A stretch of 26,374 nt of DNA from a virus (IMGVR_UViG_3300020045_000166:1-26374); one strand, 5' to 3'. Shown: positions 10,001 through 18,340, counted from the stretch's first letter. Notes: generated from the sequence alone by a model not told the origin. A program made the numbers and translations.

Positions 10001-13000
10001 TAAAAGGTTAGACAATGCACCAAGTAGTCCACTAGACCCACCTGATAAAATACCCCCAATACCTCCTTGAGATGCACTGGTTAAGCCTAAACTACTACCT
10101 ACAAAATTAACAACAAGGTTAATAGGCTCCATTGCAAGTTTCTTCAACTGAGCTTTCAGTAACTCCTTGAGTTTAACTCCACCTTTTTTACCACCTTCAA
10201 AGAGAGCGGAGTAGATTGCTTCAGAAATACTTGTTTGGATTTCTTTCCAGATTTGATCGTAATGCTGTACAATCTTCAGGTTAGTTCTTTCGCCTGCTAC
10301 CTGCCTACCAGATTGGAAATTGTCTTCAGCTTTCTTTAACGATGATTCGTAAGCGTCTGCATTAGCTTTCACTGCTGCATTAAACTCTTCACTACCCGGA
10401 ACTAGATTGCTTGTAGTAATCTTCTGCATTTGTTGAATATAATTTTCAACAATAGTCAGGCGTTCTTTTTCAAAAGATAGGTTAGCTTTATTTATCTCAG
10501 CAGACTCTTCCTGCTGAATTTTAATTTTAATGTACTCTTCACCTGTTTTACCAAGTAATTCATACTGGAGTTTAATATCTTCACTTTGACTAGCAATATC
10601 CAGCCTTGAAGATTCCAATCCTTTATTGATACTCATCCAAGACTTGTAAACTTCACTCAGTGCTTCAATACCCTTAGCACGAATCTCAGCGGCCTTAGCT
10701 GCTTCATAGTCAGCTTTGATAATATCTTTAGTTTTCTGAGGGTACTTAGTATATAAGTCACTTTCAATAATGCTATTATACTTTTGTTCAGCTTCAGTGG
10801 TCTGCTCAATCTTACCTAGATATTTGTTCTTCAGGTCAATGAGAGATTGCTGATCCTTGAGGGCTTGTTTCCTCAGTCTCTCAGCATCCTTTTCTGCTTT
10901 TTCAGCATCTTTCTTTTCTTTCTTTAAGATATCTTTAAAGTGAGTAGCATTCTTAGAATTCTGTTGAAGTCTATTGGCTTCAGCTTTAGTCTGAGCAACA
11001 GTAGTAGAGTATATATCGGTAATAGTATCAGAATACTCTTTTGCATTAGCTGCTAGTTTATCATCGATATAAGAATTTAATGCAGAAGATGTAGCCTCTG
11101 AAAAATCAAACGATAGAATATTGTATATAACACGAACAAACCCTTCAGCAATGGTGAAAGCCTGTTGAATGACCAACTTAATCTTAGCAAACATATCTCT
11201 AAATCCTTTAAAGATTTGAGTGTTATTTGCCACTTGTTGGATTTGTCCCCATGATTGACTTACTGCTGATTTAATATCAATCCACAGTTTTTCAATATCG
11301 GATAAATCATTCCTACCGCGTTCGGCCATCTCAGCAGTAACCCGCGTATACTCTTCTTGGGCTAAAGTAATGGCTTCTACATATTTACCTTTTTCCTCTA
11401 AGGCGTGGATTTCTCTTAATGTTTCTACAGTCACTCTACCTGTATCTTCAGCAATCTTGATAAGTGCTTCAGTTGGCTTCTTTGAAATATCTGCATATTT
11501 CTTAGCTGTATCCTCAACAGAAATCCCAAGATACTTGTTAAGTTTAATCGCTTCTGTAATTGATTTTGATAATAACTCGGAGTTGGTAATCCCACTCTTC
11601 ATGAAATCACCAACGTAACCCATTGCTGTTGCTGATGAGATACCTATTTCAGTTAAACCATTAGCTAAACCAATAGCATCTTCTAAAGTAAGCCCTGTAC
11701 TTGCACCAAACTGAATGAGTTGGGAATTCATTTCATTCATTGCTTTGGCGAATTGGTAAGTTGCTATTAAGAGAGTACCCCCAATAATTGCAGCAAAACT
11801 TGCAAAGACAGGAATAGAACCCTTTAGTGTATTTGTGAAATCTCTCCAAGCAAGGGTACTTTGAGATACTTGCGGTCCTACATCTAAGTTTAAGTTCTCT
11901 TTAGAGAAAGCAGTCTTGAGTAATCTACCAGCTAATATTGCAGGAGCAAGTAAAGCATCTTTGATGGATTTACCAGCAGAGATAAATGCACCACTCACGA
12001 ATGTACCAACAGCAATACCTACATCTTTGAATGATCTTACAATTTGTGCTGCTGCATCATTCATTACATTTTTGAGGTCTAGGCCGTCACGGCCCGCTTG
12101 TTGGATCAAACTTCTGAGCTGATCACCTTGCTGGATCATGACCAGTAAAGGATTCATACCACCTGCAAGAGATACACCAACGTCGCCCATCTGGACACCA
12201 ACTCCTCGGGCGATATAATCAGATTGACGCTTCTGCTCCTGCTGTGCCATAAGGTCTTGAGCAAGTTTTACCTTATTCAACCTATCTGTATATTCCTTAC
12301 CTGCAATACCTGCACGCTGCATTGCTACTTCATATTTTGCAATTGCAACTGCTCCCCGCTCAGAATAATTTACACCTTGAGACTGTGCGGCATTAAGTGA
12401 ATTCAGGATTGACTCCACTCTCGCGTCTTCATCGTACAGATGTTTCTGTGCAGAGGCTAACTCTCTTGATTTCTTTGCTGATAATTCTTTTGCGTTTGCT
12501 TCTTTAACGAATGAATCAATAACATCTTGAGGAACACCTCTAGTCTGCATACCTGCTGCTACGTTAGCTGTACTGCGACTAGCACCTTGATTCATGTAAT
12601 TGGTTTGGTGTATTTCCTTATCAATTCTATTCTGAATTGCTCTTAGTTCACGTTCTGCTTCATTAGCAATTGCCTCCTGCTGAGAATAGTATGCCCGCAT
12701 GTCTTGCATGTCTTGTTGATACATGCGTTCATCTTGTTCTTGTTTCCATTTGTGGATTTGAACAAGATTAGTGAAGGATTCTTTTCTTGAGTTCTCTATT
12801 GCTTGATATTGTGTATCTTGCTGCAAGAAATATGATTTCAAATCTTGCATGTCTTTATTATAGTTGCTCTCTTCTTGCTGAGAGAACAATTGATGACTCT
12901 TGAACATTTGAGCAGAGGAATCAATACGTTGTTTAGATAGTCTCGATTCTTCTTCTGCTTGTTGCTTTAGACTATTTAGTAACTTAGATTGCTCAGATGT

Positions 13001-13639
13001 TAGTCTAATGGTATCATCAATCTTTGCTTTCAAGTCAGAGTCAGATGCACCTTTTTCCTTGGCAGACTGATTTAACTTTTCAATATCTCTAGTCAAGCCT
13101 TGGATTTGATCCCTATTAAGACCAAGACCTGAAAACAATTTAACATTCTGGAGATCAGCTATTTCACGATTAATCTTACTTAACCCATCAATGGCGTGGT
13201 CAAAAGGATTAACATTTGCAAATTTATTTAAACCAGTGAAGATTCTATTTAGTTCAGAGAATTCTGAAGATAGGCCACCAATAATCTTCAACTGAGCAGC
13301 CATTGCAGCTTGACCTGCTGTTAAGGCAGTTTCAAACTTGAATTCTTCTGCAGTAAGTTGAATAGTTCTACTACGAAGTAGTTCGGCTTTATCCGCTGCT
13401 TTTTGCAGCATCTTTTCCTTGGCAGAAAGGGCAACAACTTCCTCTTCATCTGCTTTAGCCTTCTTCTTTGCCGCTTGTTCTGCGTCTTGTTTAGTCTTGG
13501 TTGCTTTGCCGGCTGATTTAGCTTCTTCCTCTTCCGCCTTACCAAGTTTTAACATTGAAGCAGAGAGGGCATCAATCGCTTCTTTGGCCTTCAGTAACTG
13601 TTCGGTTGAGCAATTAAATATGAGTGATGTTAGCTCCAC
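7046..13639 (-). CDS. Tail tape measure protein (~2197 aa)
   Basis: Very long helical Ala/Gln/Glu-rich ORF downstream of the G/GT chaperones; lambda-H-like motif QMGDVGVSLAGGMNPLLVMIQQGDQL; Gly-rich hydrophobic segment. GTG at 13639 with an AGGAGA RBS is the likely start. Confidence 0.93.
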   Translation of the reverse strand: MELTSLIFNCSTEQLLKAKEAIDALSASMLKLGKAEEEEAKSAGKATKTKQDAEQAAKKKAKADEEEVVALSAKEKMLQKAADKAELLRSRTIQLTAEEFKFETALTAGQAAMAAQLKIIGGLSSEFSELNRIFTGLNKFANVNPFDHAIDGLSKINREIADLQNVKLFSGLGLNRDQIQGLTRDIEKLNQSAKEKGASDSDLKAKIDDTIRLTSEQSKLLNSLKQQAEEESRLSKQRIDSSAQMFKSHQLFSQQEESNYNKDMQDLKSYFLQQDTQYQAIENSRKESFTNLVQIHKWKQEQDERMYQQDMQDMRAYYSQQEAIANEAERELRAIQNRIDKEIHQTNYMNQGASRSTANVAAGMQTRGVPQDVIDSFVKEANAKELSAKKSRELASAQKHLYDEDARVESILNSLNAAQSQGVNYSERGAVAIAKYEVAMQRAGIAGKEYTDRLNKVKLAQDLMAQQEQKRQSDYIARGVGVQMGDVGVSLAGGMNPLLVMIQQGDQLRSLIQQAGRDGLDLKNVMNDAAAQIVRSFKDVGIAVGTFVSGAFISAGKSIKDALLAPAILAGRLLKTAFSKENLNLDVGPQVSQSTLAWRDFTNTLKGSIPVFASFAAIIGGTLLIATYQFAKAMNEMNSQLIQFGASTGLTLEDAIGLANGLTEIGISSATAMGYVGDFMKSGITNSELLSKSITEAIKLNKYLGISVEDTAKKYADISKKPTEALIKIAEDTGRVTVETLREIHALEEKGKYVEAITLAQEEYTRVTAEMAERGRNDLSDIEKLWIDIKSAVSQSWGQIQQVANNTQIFKGFRDMFAKIKLVIQQAFTIAEGFVRVIYNILSFDFSEATSSALNSYIDDKLAANAKEYSDTITDIYSTTVAQTKAEANRLQQNSKNATHFKDILKKEKKDAEKAEKDAERLRKQALKDQQSLIDLKNKYLGKIEQTTEAEQKYNSIIESDLYTKYPQKTKDIIKADYEAAKAAEIRAKGIEALSEVYKSWMSINKGLESSRLDIASQSEDIKLQYELLGKTGEEYIKIKIQQEESAEINKANLSFEKERLTIVENYIQQMQKITTSNLVPGSEEFNAAVKANADAYESSLKKAEDNFQSGRQVAGERTNLKIVQHYDQIWKEIQTSISEAIYSALFEGGKKGGVKLKELLKAQLKKLAMEPINLVVNFVGSSLGLTSASQGGIGGILSGGSSGLLGALSNLLPTGVTNTLSNIFSTAGSGLGLTNMLGSGLSSLGAATGMSSLSSLGMGMQWGQMGVGMASSVGGLSSSIAALGSTIAKFAPWAGAAMVAYQLIDSFTGSKGGPKSGGDAAYNLQGALSDPGLYTPNTANTQVQQLLAPVMQGIGSLAAMLGGNASSIQSIALGYDTDPSGTASNRIKSMVNGKYLSTDRDLGRDDAALQAGLVAEVNRITIGALKELDLADWADSILVSIDPLTASAEELASALSGLNNMASLAETFNNMGLSVNALSASLITSLGGADNAKQALAGYFDTFYTEGEKFTASSKSVQSALSKMDSAGAFTNVSEAFSKLVSNTTKENFRALVEAASAAGDSQTVAGLLQIAPAFSNVTAALGAVVDATGETVSDLNEIMNNLLNDRTSLQRQILELQGGDIRALDIQGYSAAEIAAYDYNEALRQQVEVLQNAKSVTSSLTSESKSLERRLVELQGGDLRAIDTAGMDSAQVAIFDYNASLKDQIKVLEDAGVAVGEASKDIAGISFNSIVSIITDGMLGRMSESEVGEKLSEVIVGGVYNALVSSYATQITDTFITGIIQPMVTAVLAGQSVANAVSSASINSVVLQAQATMQALGAVLADPAVQLAMKGISTGISGIVGGISSIKFKPFTPASTKTSGGSSKSETVDNTANKALEERSSLERKLLELQGNTVELRRLELLTLSESNRALQQQIWAIEDATAISNERLGLEKQLLELQGDTVALRDMERNALFETNRALYDQVEALRLVKDIANERSGLEKQLLELQGNTTALRELERNALHESNRELYDQIKAIEDSKGAIEGFSKVSGQFAAAWKEVTDSLLNEVKRIRSVTAENSSVGYKALEYQFYDAVERARSGSQEAAKDLVGYSNSLLAGASGEFGSSLELIRYQAQVAGALEETAYILGETLPDMTGLTPIDELVQENRSLNETVGELKTEVVILKQILSNIQSSSRRTADATNGQGEAPMVVVIG
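7590..8830 (-). repeat. Internal protein repeats in the tape measure C-terminus (LE+QLLELQG units)
   Basis: ELQG cores at about 7668, 7815 and 7962 (147-nt period) and about 8607 and 8781 (174-nt period). Confidence 0.85.
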
Positions 13640-14549
13640 AAATCTCTCCTTGACTTCTTTCAAAGTCTGTTATTATTTTAAGTAACTTATCCATACAAGA
13701 GTGATTGTACGTAAACTCTAGTGCGCCATGCTGGTTCATCAAATAGGAGTACCGCACTGTCGCAGCTAAATATATAGCCTTAGTTTCTCCATACTTGTTG
13801 ATAGAGAATGATTTATTTTTACGATTACCGTGTTCGTCTAATATTTCAGCGCGATAGTTATTGTGGTGCTTAGATAAACCCACTACACCTGTTTTCTCGT
13901 TAATCCTGCTAGACACTTTATTTCTACCATTTGTGTGCTGAGATACAAGCCTAAGATTCTTTATCTTGTTATTAAATGGGTCATTATCAATATGATCAAT
14001 CACTAACTTAGAATCAATACTTCCATTAATCAGGCACCAAACAATGCGGTGTACTTTAAAGGTAAAGGTCTTTCCATTAATGGTTACACTCACTCGCCAG
14101 AATAAGGCTTTACCATTCTTGTTAAAGTAATTTCTCCCTGCTATACTATCTTTTGCTTTGCACAAAGCACCCTTGTTCTTGTATGTACTCTTATTGTATC
14201 TAAGACTAGATGGGCTTGTTTCGTCATAGTAGAAGTATTCAGCAAGCACACTAGAGTCTAATTCATGCGCTCTAGTAGGTAACCTCTTATTAACAAGTTC
14301 CCAATTGTCTTGAGGATTCTTAATGTAGTATTCCTCTAGGTCAATTGCTTCACTCTTAGAAAGATTCTCATGTAACTTGACAATATCGTGACCACCTGCT
14401 AGAGTGACAACATCTTGCCGGTCTTTAGTTTTACCTTTACAGGTTTGATTAGCCCTTACAGTTCTTCCGTGTCCGATATAGAAGAAAACTCCATTGTCCT
14501 TACGCTTATGAGCATAACAATAGTAATCCCGCTTCTCTTCAGTATTCAT
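13614..14549 (-). CDS. Free-standing endonuclease: GIY-YIG-like + HNH + AP2-like domains
   Basis: YYCYAH...FYIGHG...RA...EAIDLE...LVN; KVHRIVW...VIDHIDNDPFNNKIKNLRLVS..N; TGVVG...KSFSINKYGETKA. ATG at 14549 with an AGGGA RBS. Confidence 0.88.
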   Translation of the reverse strand: MNTEEKRDYYCYAHKRKDNGVFFYIGHGRTVRANQTCKGKTKDRQDVVTLAGGHDIVKLHENLSKSEAIDLEEYYIKNPQDNWELVNKRLPTRAHELDSSVLAEYFYYDETSPSSLRYNKSTYKNKGALCKAKDSIAGRNYFNKNGKALFWRVSVTINGKTFTFKVHRIVWCLINGSIDSKLVIDHIDNDPFNNKIKNLRLVSQHTNGRNKVSSRINEKTGVVGLSKHHNNYRAEILDEHGNRKNKSFSINKYGETKAIYLAATVRYSYLMNQHGALEFTYNHSCMDKLLKIITDFERSQGEICGANITHI

Positions 14550-14571
14550 TATTATTATTCCCTGATATAAT

Positions 14572-14645
14572 TCCCTGTAATTTATAGGTTGCAATCAGCA
14601 GAGGTACAGGGATACCCTTTTCGTTCCGTCGAACTATCTGATTGC
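14572..14645 (-). ncRNA. Candidate structured cis-regulatory RNA, copy A (three-way junction + pseudoknot)
   Basis: GCAAUCAG-AUA-GUUC(GACG)GAAC-GAAAA-GGGUA(UCCCUG)UACCU-CUG-CUGAUUGC; the loop is complementary to downstream CAGGGA; matches copy B. Confidence 0.7.
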
Positions 14646-14654
14646 TTAAAACTG

Positions 14655-14682
14655 TTGACTTACCTCTACAAACTCTTATAAT
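14655..14682 (+). promoter_or_regulatory. Sigma70-like promoter, antisense to the late operon
   Basis: TTGACT-16 nt-TATAAT. Confidence 0.5.
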
Positions 14683-14691
14683 TCGTACAGG

Positions 14692-14735
14692 AAAGAAAAC
14701 AATAGGGAGTATCAATCCTAGAATCAATACTCCCT
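14692..14735 (-). terminator. Intrinsic terminator after the tail chaperone genes
   Basis: AGGGAGUAU...AUACUCCCU stem (extendable by G-U pairs) followed by AUUGUUUUCUUU. Confidence 0.65.
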
Positions 14736-14743
14736 TCAAGGTG

Positions 14744-15129
14744 TTACTTCGTCTTATTATTCTTCTGTTTATTATTCTTCTTAGCTTCCTCTGAGAAATG
14801 CTCTAACGCTACACTGTCAAGAGCATCAATCAAAGTTATTTCCATCTCATCAAAGTCAATCTTATGCAAAGTAAAATAAGCAAGAATCTCAGAGTATGTA
14901 ATAGGACCAACACCCATTCCATTACTCCTTTTACGATTAAGATCAAGAAAGTATTTCCAAACATATCGCATACTTTCAGGTAATTCAACTAACTCTTCTA
15001 ATTCTTTTGGAACTATTCCAGTTTGTCTAGCTACGGATTCTAGTCTAGCTCTAGTTGAATCACTACCTGATCCTAAAGAGAATTCTTGCTTTGCAAAAGA
15101 TATTAAGCCTTCGATGTCTTCGGTGTAAA
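14744..15129 (-). CDS. Tail assembly chaperone GT extension (expressed by -1 frameshift)
   Basis: The -1 frame is open from the slippery site (YTEDIEGLISFAKQEF...ELPESMRYVWKYFLDLNRKRSNGMGVGPITYSEILAY) to the stop at 14744. Confidence 0.85.
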
Positions 15130-15522
15130 ATTTTGTACATTACTCGATTCCTGCATAATAACTTCACGAATCCAAGAGTGTTGCTTTAGTACAGCTTCAG
15201 CTTTCTCTTTTGAGAATTCAATCTTCTTACCATTTTCAGTGAAACCATCCCAATTGATTAGACGGACAAGGGCTGCTTCGATTGATAGTTCCTCAGCCTC
15301 ATCAAGTGAAGGTTCCCACTCTTTACCCCTGCGCTTCGCAGCTTCATTTTGCTGCTTGAATTCCTTGAACTTCTTCTTACCGTAGTTCTTTACAGTTGGG
15401 GAGAGTTCCCCTAGAATGGTTAGCTTGGCGTCTGACTCAGTACCATCGGGTAGCATGAGATTGAACGTAAAACCTAGTTCTGCTGCTTGCGAAAAGTCTT
15501 GCTTCTGGATATCAAAACCCAT
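15103..15522 (-). CDS. Tail assembly chaperone (gpG-like)
   Basis: Lies between the tail tube and tape measure genes; RLINWDGF..NGKKIEFSKEKA..VL...WIRE; ends just after a slippery heptamer. Confidence 0.85.
   Translation of the reverse strand: MGFDIQKQDFSQAAELGFTFNLMLPDGTESDAKLTILGELSPTVKNYGKKKFKEFKQQNEAAKRRGKEWEPSLDEAEELSIEAALVRLINWDGFTENGKKIEFSKEKAEAVLKQHSWIREVIMQESSNVQNFTPKTSKA
15127..15133 (-). promoter_or_regulatory. -1 programmed ribosomal frameshift heptamer A-AAU-UUU
   Basis: X-XXY-YYZ pattern correctly phased in the G frame (CAA AAT TTT ACA); the -1 frame joins the downstream ORF. Confidence 0.85.
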
Positions 15523-15586
15523 ATAGTTTTCTCCTTTTAAGAGTTAATAAAATCTTAGGTAGAAGTTACCTAAGACGTATAACTAT

Positions 15587-15614
15587 ATTATATCACAGAT
15601 ATTGTAAAAGTCAA
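15587..15614 (-). promoter_or_regulatory. Sigma70-like promoter with extended -10, upstream of the tail chaperone
   Basis: TTGACT-16 nt-TATAAT with TGn; near-identical flanks to the promoter at 23139-23167. Confidence 0.7.
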
Positions 15615-15673
15615 GGTATTTCTGAATATAAATTCCCAATTTCAAAGAGTAAGCATAATATAAGATTAACCCT

Positions 15674-15703
15674 AAAATAAAAGCCCCACCTTTCGGCAGG
15701 GCT
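15674..15703 (-). terminator. Intrinsic terminator after the tail tube gene
   Basis: GCCCUGCC-GAAA-GGUGGGGC followed by UUUUAUUUU. Confidence 0.9.
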
Positions 15704-15727
15704 AATAATCTACAAGTTATAAACTAA

Positions 15728-16936
15728 TTAGGCTTGGCTATCTTGAACAGAAATAACTGAACCAATTAGGCCTGCGGCTGTTACATCGTTTAGTAGAGCA
15801 GTAAAATCAATACTAGATACAATTCCATTTTCACTATCCGCATTGCTGTGGGTTGAAAGTTTGCATTTTGGGAGTACAAAGCTGATAAAATCAGCAGCTT
15901 TATCTTCACCAGCAGTAACGGCTAGAACAATTGAAACTACAGTTTCATCATCGAAGTATCCACGTAGAGTAGCATCACTGAAGTAAGCGGATAGGCTACC
16001 AGTAACATTGATCTTACCTACGAAGATATCACTGTTACTGTTCTGGCCTAGACATTGAGCCGGTTCCATTGCGCGTTCGATAGTCAGGCTTGCATCGGTA
16101 ATACAAGCACCTTCTGAACCATTGATGATAATAGCGCCTTGAACAGCAGTTAGAAGTCCAACAGTATTAGCAGCAGTAGGTGTAGTGAAGTAAGCAGAGG
16201 TGCCAGTTAGACCAAGGTCTTTACCAGTAAATGCTACATCAGTTGTAACGATACCAGATGCGGGTAGTTGAACACCTACGCTAGAAACCTTCATACCTGT
16301 GAATACTTCAGACTGAGCAATATCAGCATACCATTGCTCAATTGTGTAGCTCTCGTCAGTATGACCTGTAGTAGGAACATAAGTAGTCTTACCAACTACT
16401 GTAGTAACAACTGTAGCAATCGGACCTTCAGCGACTAGAGCAGTGCTTGATAGGACCTTGACAGTAAGAACTGTAGCTGACATACTAATAACTAGGCAGT
16501 TGTTACCTACGTTAGCTGCGTTCAGACCTGCGCCAGTCATACGGACTACATTACCAACAAGGATACCATCTGCAAGCCAATCACCAGCACTGCGAGTAAT
16601 CGTAAAGTTAGTACCTGATGCAGCGATAGTAACTGAAGCGGAAGCGCCTGCAACTACAGCAGCGAAATCACGAGCTAGAACGCTACTGATAAAATCTGCG
16701 TACGAACCGGGGGATAGTTCTCCATTTATAGAGCCATCTGCACTGCGCACACCATGTCGCATATCAGCAGTCATGTAGTCAGTGCGGAGTTCATTACTGG
16801 AATATGTTTCTTTAGTGAGATTGAAATCTGCGGAAACTCGACGAACAACTTGTGCACCCGCTGCACCCGCTAGAGTACCAAATGTAGTCTCTTTCTTATA
16901 TGCTACTCGCTTGTTAATCCCTTGACTTTTTGCCAT
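15728..16936 (-). CDS. Major tail (tube) protein, Phage_tube_2-like, with an internal beta-rich insert
   Basis: AYKKETTFGT...SNELRTD...RHG..SADGSINGELS...SYTIEQWYADI...VTGSLSAYF; AGGAG RBS; synteny. Confidence 0.88.
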   Translation of the reverse strand: MAKSQGINKRVAYKKETTFGTLAGAAGAQVVRRVSADFNLTKETYSSNELRTDYMTADMRHGVRSADGSINGELSPGSYADFISSVLARDFAAVVAGASASVTIAASGTNFTITRSAGDWLADGILVGNVVRMTGAGLNAANVGNNCLVISMSATVLTVKVLSSTALVAEGPIATVVTTVVGKTTYVPTTGHTDESYTIEQWYADIAQSEVFTGMKVSSVGVQLPASGIVTTDVAFTGKDLGLTGTSAYFTTPTAANTVGLLTAVQGAIIINGSEGACITDASLTIERAMEPAQCLGQNSNSDIFVGKINVTGSLSAYFSDATLRGYFDDETVVSIVLAVTAGEDKAADFISFVLPKCKLSTHSNADSENGIVSSIDFTALLNDVTAAGLIGSVISVQDSQA

Positions 16937-17042
16937 CTTTTATTTCTCCTGTGCTGTGGATAAAATACCCACTATCAATTAATTGAAAATTTGTATTTGC
17001 AAATACAGATACTATGGTGTATCATTCCTTAACAATGAATCA

Positions 17043-17453
17043 TTACATTGATTCAATAGTTAAATTTATAGAGATTGGGACAACCAATCTGTCTGAAGTA
17101 ACAACTGCCCCTGCAATATGCGGAGATGAAAGGACATTCACTCTTGTAGTTCCCTCTTCAATACTGTACCCTTTGGGGAACAAAGCCTTGATTAATTCTG
17201 CGGTAGTTAATGCACCAGTAGTACCAATGTTTAACTTATCAAGGACATAGACATTGAACTTTGCATTCTCTCTGTAGTAATTGCCACCTACACAAGAGTC
17301 GTCCGGTTGCCCTATTGCAAGCGTACAGCGCAGGTATTTACTACCGTCTGATGGGGAAGTGAAGCTGACGTTCTCAAATGCGATAGGTAGCACAGGTAGT
17401 ATAGTTTTAAGTCTAGTTTCTACTAGCTTCTTAGCTGTGATTAATGCTGACAT
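17043..17453 (-). CDS. Tail terminator / completion protein
   Basis: IAFENVSFTSP...YLRCTL...F.KG pattern; immediately upstream of the tail tube gene. Confidence 0.75.
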   Translation of the reverse strand: MSALITAKKLVETRLKTILPVLPIAFENVSFTSPSDGSKYLRCTLAIGQPDDSCVGGNYYRENAKFNVYVLDKLNIGTTGALTTAELIKALFPKGYSIEEGTTRVNVLSSPHIAGAVVTSDRLVVPISINLTIESM

Positions 17454-17470
17454 AGGTTTCCTTGTTGTTA

Positions 17471-17974
17471 TCAGCCAGCATCATAATACCGCCTTAAATC
17501 AGCTTCATGTGCAGCTTTGATTTGAGTAATAGTCGGAGTACCAATACCATCAGGGGCTTGATCTGATTTCCCAGATTCCAAGTTGGCATAACCCGGACCA
17601 ATAGCTGCAATAGCAAAAGAATTGCCTAGTTGGTAGCTTGACTCAGCTTCATTGAACACATCATTAGCCATTTCACTAGAAGAGAATATCACTGGTGTAA
17701 ATGAAGCTGTACCTTCGGTGTATTGCCATGCACCTGAGTGATAGCCCGGCTCGATAGGAATACCATATTCATCTTGACGATCAAGGTAATAACCTCTGTA
17801 CCTTGAATTCTCTTGCATCATAGCAGCAGCATCACCTACGGGGGTATTTTCACTTGCTGCTAAAGCAACTTCTCTGGCGAATCCAGCAACCATGTTCTTC
17901 AAGCGTCTCTCGACTTCCTTGCTATATTCCTCAAGCTGTTTAGCAATCACATCTGAATTACTTCCTGTAATCAC
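17471..17974 (-). CDS. Neck protein, HK97 gp10-like
   Basis: NTPVGD...G....AW...YANLESGKSDQAPDG motif; GTG start; synteny. Confidence 0.7.
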   Translation of the reverse strand: MITGSNSDVIAKQLEEYSKEVERRLKNMVAGFAREVALAASENTPVGDAAAMMQENSRYRGYYLDRQDEYGIPIEPGYHSGAWQYTEGTASFTPVIFSSSEMANDVFNEAESSYQLGNSFAIAAIGPGYANLESGKSDQAPDGIGTPTITQIKAAHEADLRRYYDAG

Positions 17975-17980
17975 TTTGAG

Positions 17981-18340
17981 TTACCCCTTATAAACGATAA
18001 CCTTGAGGAGTACGACTTCACCCATTGCAGCATGTTCCTTTACAGAATCTACTGTATAGGTAGTACCACTTTGAGTTACTTTATCTTGAGGTTGCGGTTT
18101 GTTCGCAAGATCACTTGCCACGATTAGGTACTCTTTAACTTCTTTAGAGATCAGCGACGGGTAGTTATAAGCATTAACTTTCACATTTTTAGGAAAAGCT
18201 TTTAATACCGTGTTGATTTCTGTATTAACAACACCCCCAGTTTCAGTGCTATACTCGCCTTCAACTATTCTTGTGAAGGTTATTGAAACACCATTAGGGT
18301 AGATGAGGTCTTTTGCTACCTGCAAGAAAGGGTTACTCAT
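17981..18340 (-). CDS. Head-closure (head-tail joining) protein
   Basis: 119 aa, beta-rich, GEYSTETGG and PQPQDKV...YTVDSV; synteny. Confidence 0.7.
   Translation of the reverse strand: MSNPFLQVAKDLIYPNGVSITFTRIVEGEYSTETGGVVNTEINTVLKAFPKNVKVNAYNYPSLISKEVKEYLIVASDLANKPQPQDKVTQSGTTYTVDSVKEHAAMGEVVLLKVIVYKG

Noticed and set aside
14539-14739. 66-aa ORF upstream of the endonuclease
   Set aside because: It runs across the terminator, promoter and RNA motif with no recognisable protein features; probably spurious, although a leader peptide is not strictly excluded.
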